Shown piece after piece: positions 27,325 through 31,136 of a DNA stretch of 31,136 nt. Source of the stretch: a virus (lineage: Duplodnaviria; Caudoviricetes). The notes below the pieces were generated by a model that did no database searches, was not told the DNA's origin, and saw only the letters and a program-made list of their open reading frames with translations. Location of the stretch: positions 1-31,136 of the IMG/VR virus record IMGVR_UViG_3300030392_000403; one strand, written 5' to 3'. The position numbers and the translations under genes were made by a program. Each line of letters opens with the position of its first letter. The stretch's first letter is position 1.

Positions 27325-27927
27325 CTACATAATCCCGCCAAGATATCCCAGGAATCCTCCGGTAGGCGAACCTGCCGCTGCTGCCCTGGCGGCATACAGA
27401 TCATACATATTTCCAAGAGCGCGTTGTCTCGCCTGCGCCCCGTAACCAACACCACCACCCATACCAGCGGCTGCCATAGCCAAGGCATTTCTTCGAGCGT
27501 CAGAACCCTGAAGATAACCTTGCTGAGTTGCCATCTGGGCTGTTAGAGGAGTAGCGGATGTGTAACCGGGGTCAAGCTGCCTAGAAGCCTCAAGGGCAGC
27601 TTGCCAATTCGCAGCAGTATCAACAGGTGCAGTAGTTGTTCCTCCCGCAGGGTTTAGATAATCAGAGAAAGTACCAGTGCCACCCCCAAGCATATACCCA
27701 CCAAGTGCGGGATTAAATCCCTGCATTGCTGTTCTCTGGAACTGGGGAATGGCGGCCTGTGTCCCCATCGCACCTATACGGGCTGCCTGCCACAATGCTG
27801 CGGGAGATCCTGCAAATGTGGAAAGAACATCTGTAGGCCCCATAGTACCCGCAAGACCTCCTAGCTGATTCGCAGGCATCCCGGGTATTCCTGTTTCTCC
27901 AGCCCAATTACCCCAATTAATTGCCAT
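27325..27927 (-). CDS. Gly/Ala-rich putative internal virion protein
   Basis: 200 aa, SD AGGAG; composition typical of ejection proteins. Confidence 0.6.
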   Translation of the reverse strand: MAINWGNWAGETGIPGMPANQLGGLAGTMGPTDVLSTFAGSPAALWQAARIGAMGTQAAIPQFQRTAMQGFNPALGGYMLGGGTGTFSDYLNPAGGTTTAPVDTAANWQAALEASRQLDPGYTSATPLTAQMATQQGYLQGSDARRNALAMAAAGMGGGVGYGAQARQRALGNMYDLYAARAAAAGSPTGGFLGYLGGIM

Positions 27928-27940
27928 AACTAAATCTCCT

Positions 27941-30343
27941 TTACGGTCCTATAGATCCCTCTACTCCGATTGGTTCCCTTTGCCCTATAACTATTTCTGA
28001 AGGAACTACTTCTTCTGGAACTATGTCTGAAGAAACTATTTCCTCTTCATATGGAACTACCGATGGTATCTGAGCAGCGTTCATCTGATCATCAATGAAG
28101 GCCAGGAAGCCTCCACCTGTTTTTCCTTCTGCTTTTGCTTTCGCTTCAAATATATCATACATATCAGCCAAACGTGAATACAGTGCGCCACCGCCATAGG
28201 TATCAGGATTAACGCCAAGACCTGCCATAGTCATGGCAAGTACGTTTCCTTTACCTCCTGCCAGGCCATCCTGTATTTTCTTTCCTATTACCCAATCTGT
28301 TCCTGTCAAACGCCCTCTTAAATCTTCGCCCATATAACGAGATGCATCTATAGCCCGACCCCAGTTTGAGGCTAATTCCGTATTATCCAGGGGAGTTTTC
28401 AGGAAGTTATAAAAACTATCAAATCCCTGATTACCGCTTATAAGATAATTACCCCACTTGTTCGTGAAGCCGTGCATACGGGTCTTCCAGAACTGTGGCT
28501 TATGAGCATCATCACCCATCTGATGAACACGAGCGGCCTCCCAGAGTTCCTGTGGGTTATCACTCCAATATGTAGATGACTGATCGCCAGTTAAGTTATC
28601 AGACCAACCCGGTGTTTTTATAATAGACCCTGTACCTGGGCTTACTGCCTGCCAAACACTGTTTGTGGTTAGCTCACCGTCCTCATTTATGTTTGCTGCC
28701 CAGGTAAGCCCTGAACCTTCCCCTCCTATTGTTAATAGGGCAGTGCCTCCTTCGGTTTCTAATGAAGCTGTGCCAAGAGAATAAAAGTTGGTGTTGTCAT
28801 TAGAAGCATAAACCTTATTATCGTCCTCATCTAAAAACAGAGAAATTCTACCTATACCTTCTAATTTAGAATCCACACTATGAGCAAAAGGTGTAAGTTT
28901 TTCAATCTGCGTAAGATCAAGTTGAACAGCGGGGTTAGCTTGTATAAGACTTGCATATGTTATCCCTGACGCAGCAGCTTCCTTATTAGCAGTTTCTATA
29001 TTTTTGGTAACAGATGTTTTTTGATATGTCGGGACCCATCCCTTCATAATATCTGACAGTGGGATTTCAAAATATGAAGAGTTTTTATATTGATCCCCAA
29101 GGGCATCAAGCCGTGTTTGTATTTCGGTAAATATCTCTTCTACACTGGTATTAAGATATTCCCAATCCTGAAACTCCTTAATAATTTTTTCAACGGCTGC
29201 ATCAGCAGTTGCAGTATCAGCAGTTACAGTAGTATCAATTACAGTAGGTAAAGCAGTTTCAGCATCATCTCTACTGAGGATAGTATCACCCTTGTCCCAG
29301 GCATTTAAAATATCAATTGCCGTAATATCTTTATAATCCGTATCTTCAGAATCTGCCAATATCTGGTTAAGCATTTCTATTGCTTTTACATTATCAATCG
29401 GTTCTCCCCAACCAATTGAACCAAATCGACCACCGAGCCTTTTTTCTTCTCCCTCCATTTGGCTTCGTACAGCTTCGATAGCAGCTTCGATTTCCCGTTC
29501 TTTATCAATAGCTGCCTTATGCTTTTCGGCCTCTAGGACGCTACCTGCTGTTTCAATATCTCCCGGTCCAGTAGGGTCATAAAGGTCGGGTCCCAGGGCA
29601 GCGTCAGTGTCTAAAAGAGATCCAATAAGAGGATCTGATGAATAACTTATATTAGTCATTGGAGTATAACTCGGCCCTGAGAGCGGGATTGGACCAATTC
29701 CTTCCAGCATTGGATCAGGTATTTCTCCCGGCTGCATCAGCGGGTCTCCTGTTTCAGGAGTTAGCATATCTGTTACTTCGTCTGGTGTTATAGTCGGTTG
29801 CGGGGGATATTGATGATACATGGCTGTTTGTATCAGGCCGGGATCATAATCAAAACCAGCCGCAACAGACTCCCTGTTTTCATTTTCCTGAACTATAGCT
29901 TCTATAATTTGCCTTTGTGAAATACCTGAATTAGCTGAAATTACAGGAGCCAGTGACTTTGCGTAGGCAATAGGATCTTTTTCTGCCTTTGCCTTAATCA
30001 TAGCCTGATACGGATCTGATGCTGGCTGATTATTATCTGCCACATCCAGAATTGTCGCAGCAATCTGCTGTGCTGTTTCAGCTTCAGCCATAGTTTTTGC
30101 TCTTTCCATATCTGTATCATCAGAAATAGAAGCATCAAATGCAGCCATCAAAGCAGCTTCGGGGGTCAGTATAGTCGTTGTCGGGTCATAGCCCATACTC
30201 AAAGGATCAGGTTCGGTTACAGGTTCGGGTTCTCCTGTTGGACTGCCCGTTACAATAATATTCATAATCTGTTGCGGGGTTGCACCGCCCACAGCCATTT
30301 CAGGAAGTACACCAAACAGGTCAGTTAAACTTGGTTGCGCCAT
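27941..30343 (-). CDS. Large acidic putative internal virion protein
   Basis: 800 aa, D/E/P-rich; directly downstream of the portal-like gene. Confidence 0.6.
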   Translation of the reverse strand: MAQPSLTDLFGVLPEMAVGGATPQQIMNIIVTGSPTGEPEPVTEPDPLSMGYDPTTTILTPEAALMAAFDASISDDTDMERAKTMAEAETAQQIAATILDVADNNQPASDPYQAMIKAKAEKDPIAYAKSLAPVISANSGISQRQIIEAIVQENENRESVAAGFDYDPGLIQTAMYHQYPPQPTITPDEVTDMLTPETGDPLMQPGEIPDPMLEGIGPIPLSGPSYTPMTNISYSSDPLIGSLLDTDAALGPDLYDPTGPGDIETAGSVLEAEKHKAAIDKEREIEAAIEAVRSQMEGEEKRLGGRFGSIGWGEPIDNVKAIEMLNQILADSEDTDYKDITAIDILNAWDKGDTILSRDDAETALPTVIDTTVTADTATADAAVEKIIKEFQDWEYLNTSVEEIFTEIQTRLDALGDQYKNSSYFEIPLSDIMKGWVPTYQKTSVTKNIETANKEAAASGITYASLIQANPAVQLDLTQIEKLTPFAHSVDSKLEGIGRISLFLDEDDNKVYASNDNTNFYSLGTASLETEGGTALLTIGGEGSGLTWAANINEDGELTTNSVWQAVSPGTGSIIKTPGWSDNLTGDQSSTYWSDNPQELWEAARVHQMGDDAHKPQFWKTRMHGFTNKWGNYLISGNQGFDSFYNFLKTPLDNTELASNWGRAIDASRYMGEDLRGRLTGTDWVIGKKIQDGLAGGKGNVLAMTMAGLGVNPDTYGGGALYSRLADMYDIFEAKAKAEGKTGGGFLAFIDDQMNAAQIPSVVPYEEEIVSSDIVPEEVVPSEIVIGQREPIGVEGSIGP

Positions 30344-30344
30344 A

Positions 30345-31136
30345 TTAACCCCTTGGTCCTACAAGGCCCATACGTCTTAATCTTTCTTCTTCACCAACCG
30401 CTCCCGGTCTTGGTTGCCCCGGTGGTACTACCGGACCTGCCTGCGGAGTAGGCATAGGAGGCGGCACACCAGCCATTGCAGGGGGCATTACACCCGGAGG
30501 TGGCATCACAGGCGGCCCTCCCGCTCCGGGTGGCATTGGCCCCGTGGGCATAGGAGGAGGAACAGCCCCGGCTTGAGGTGGCATACCTGCACCGCCACCA
30601 CCAAGAGTTTCATTCAGCATCTTTGACTTACTCAGCAGCATGGCAACCAGTTCACCGAAATACATCTGTGCAAGATCGTCACGGCCCTGCTTTAGTGCTG
30701 CCTGGTAAAGACTCCATGTCGCGGCTTCCGGCAGAGTACGTTCCGCTATCTGTTCCTTGATAGCATCCTCGGTCTGATCTGAATCCTGTACTCCAAGTAT
30801 GTTGTCCCTTATCCACAGGTCCGGCATAAGAGGAGTCTGGCCTTCTCTTGCGATCTGGGCCATCGAGTACTTGGACATATCGTCCTGCGGCAGTCTTGCC
30901 ACTATAGAGATCTCGACATCCCCGCCATCCTTTACCCTGGACGGTGTTATCTTTTCTGAGAAGTACATCCTGTTATTGTCACGACCACTTAGTTCCAGTG
31001 CTTTAAAACGATTGGAAACATACTGATCTGCAAGAAGGTTGCATATCTGAAGATATGCCTTTTCAAGTGCCATAACCTTTGGAGACAGGACTGTCTCGAC
31101 ACCCTGTTTAAGGGTGTTTATAGCAAATCCTGATAG
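30345..31136 (-). CDS. Portal protein C-terminal part (5' truncated by window edge)
   Basis: The frame stays open to base 31136 (LSGFAINTLKQG...). It is helical with a Pro/Gly/Met-rich tail typical of podovirus portals and lies upstream of the head genes. Confidence 0.6.
   Translation of the reverse strand, partial: LSGFAINTLKQGVETVLSPKVMALEKAYLQICNLLADQYVSNRFKALELSGRDNNRMYFSEKITPSRVKDGGDVEISIVARLPQDDMSKYSMAQIAREGQTPLMPDLWIRDNILGVQDSDQTEDAIKEQIAERTLPEAATWSLYQAALKQGRDDLAQMYFGELVAMLLSKSKMLNETLGGGGAGMPPQAGAVPPPMPTGPMPPGAGGPPVMPPPGVMPPAMAGVPPPMPTPQAGPVVPPGQPRPGAVGEEERLRRMGLVGPRG

Noticed and set aside
8564-31026. Numerous short + strand ORFs in the late arm (and short - strand ORFs in the early arm)
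   Set aside because: They are antisense shadows of long coding genes with no motifs or SDs.

Overview
This 31 kb window looks like part of a tailed dsDNA phage or prophage, probably podovirus-like, with two convergent arms. The + strand (about 100-7290) is an early/replication arm. It carries a dual-frame C5 cytosine methyltransferase, an HTH/Zn regulator, a putative SSB, a PD-(D/E)XK exonuclease, a RecA-family AAA helicase and a RusA-like resolvase. The - strand (31136 to 7360) is a late arm, running from the portal C-terminus through probable internal virion proteins, scaffold, major capsid, decoration, adaptor, nozzle and tail fibre to small membrane proteins. The standout feature is at 5347-6778. 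A 286-aa IS110/Nop-like protein with no recognisable nuclease domain is followed 7 nt later by 16 units of a 35-nt dual-repeat, dual-spacer array (AGCCA-N8-GTTGTTACA-N8-GAGCG). This has the architecture of a TIGR-Tas RNA-guided system (TasA type), not CRISPR. Two other loci stand out: a methyltransferase whose motifs are split over two fully overlapping reading frames sharing one Shine-Dalgarno, and an apparently complete C5-methyltransferase domain embedded in a 2143-aa putative ejected virion protein. All protein calls come from motifs read by eye; no database search was run.
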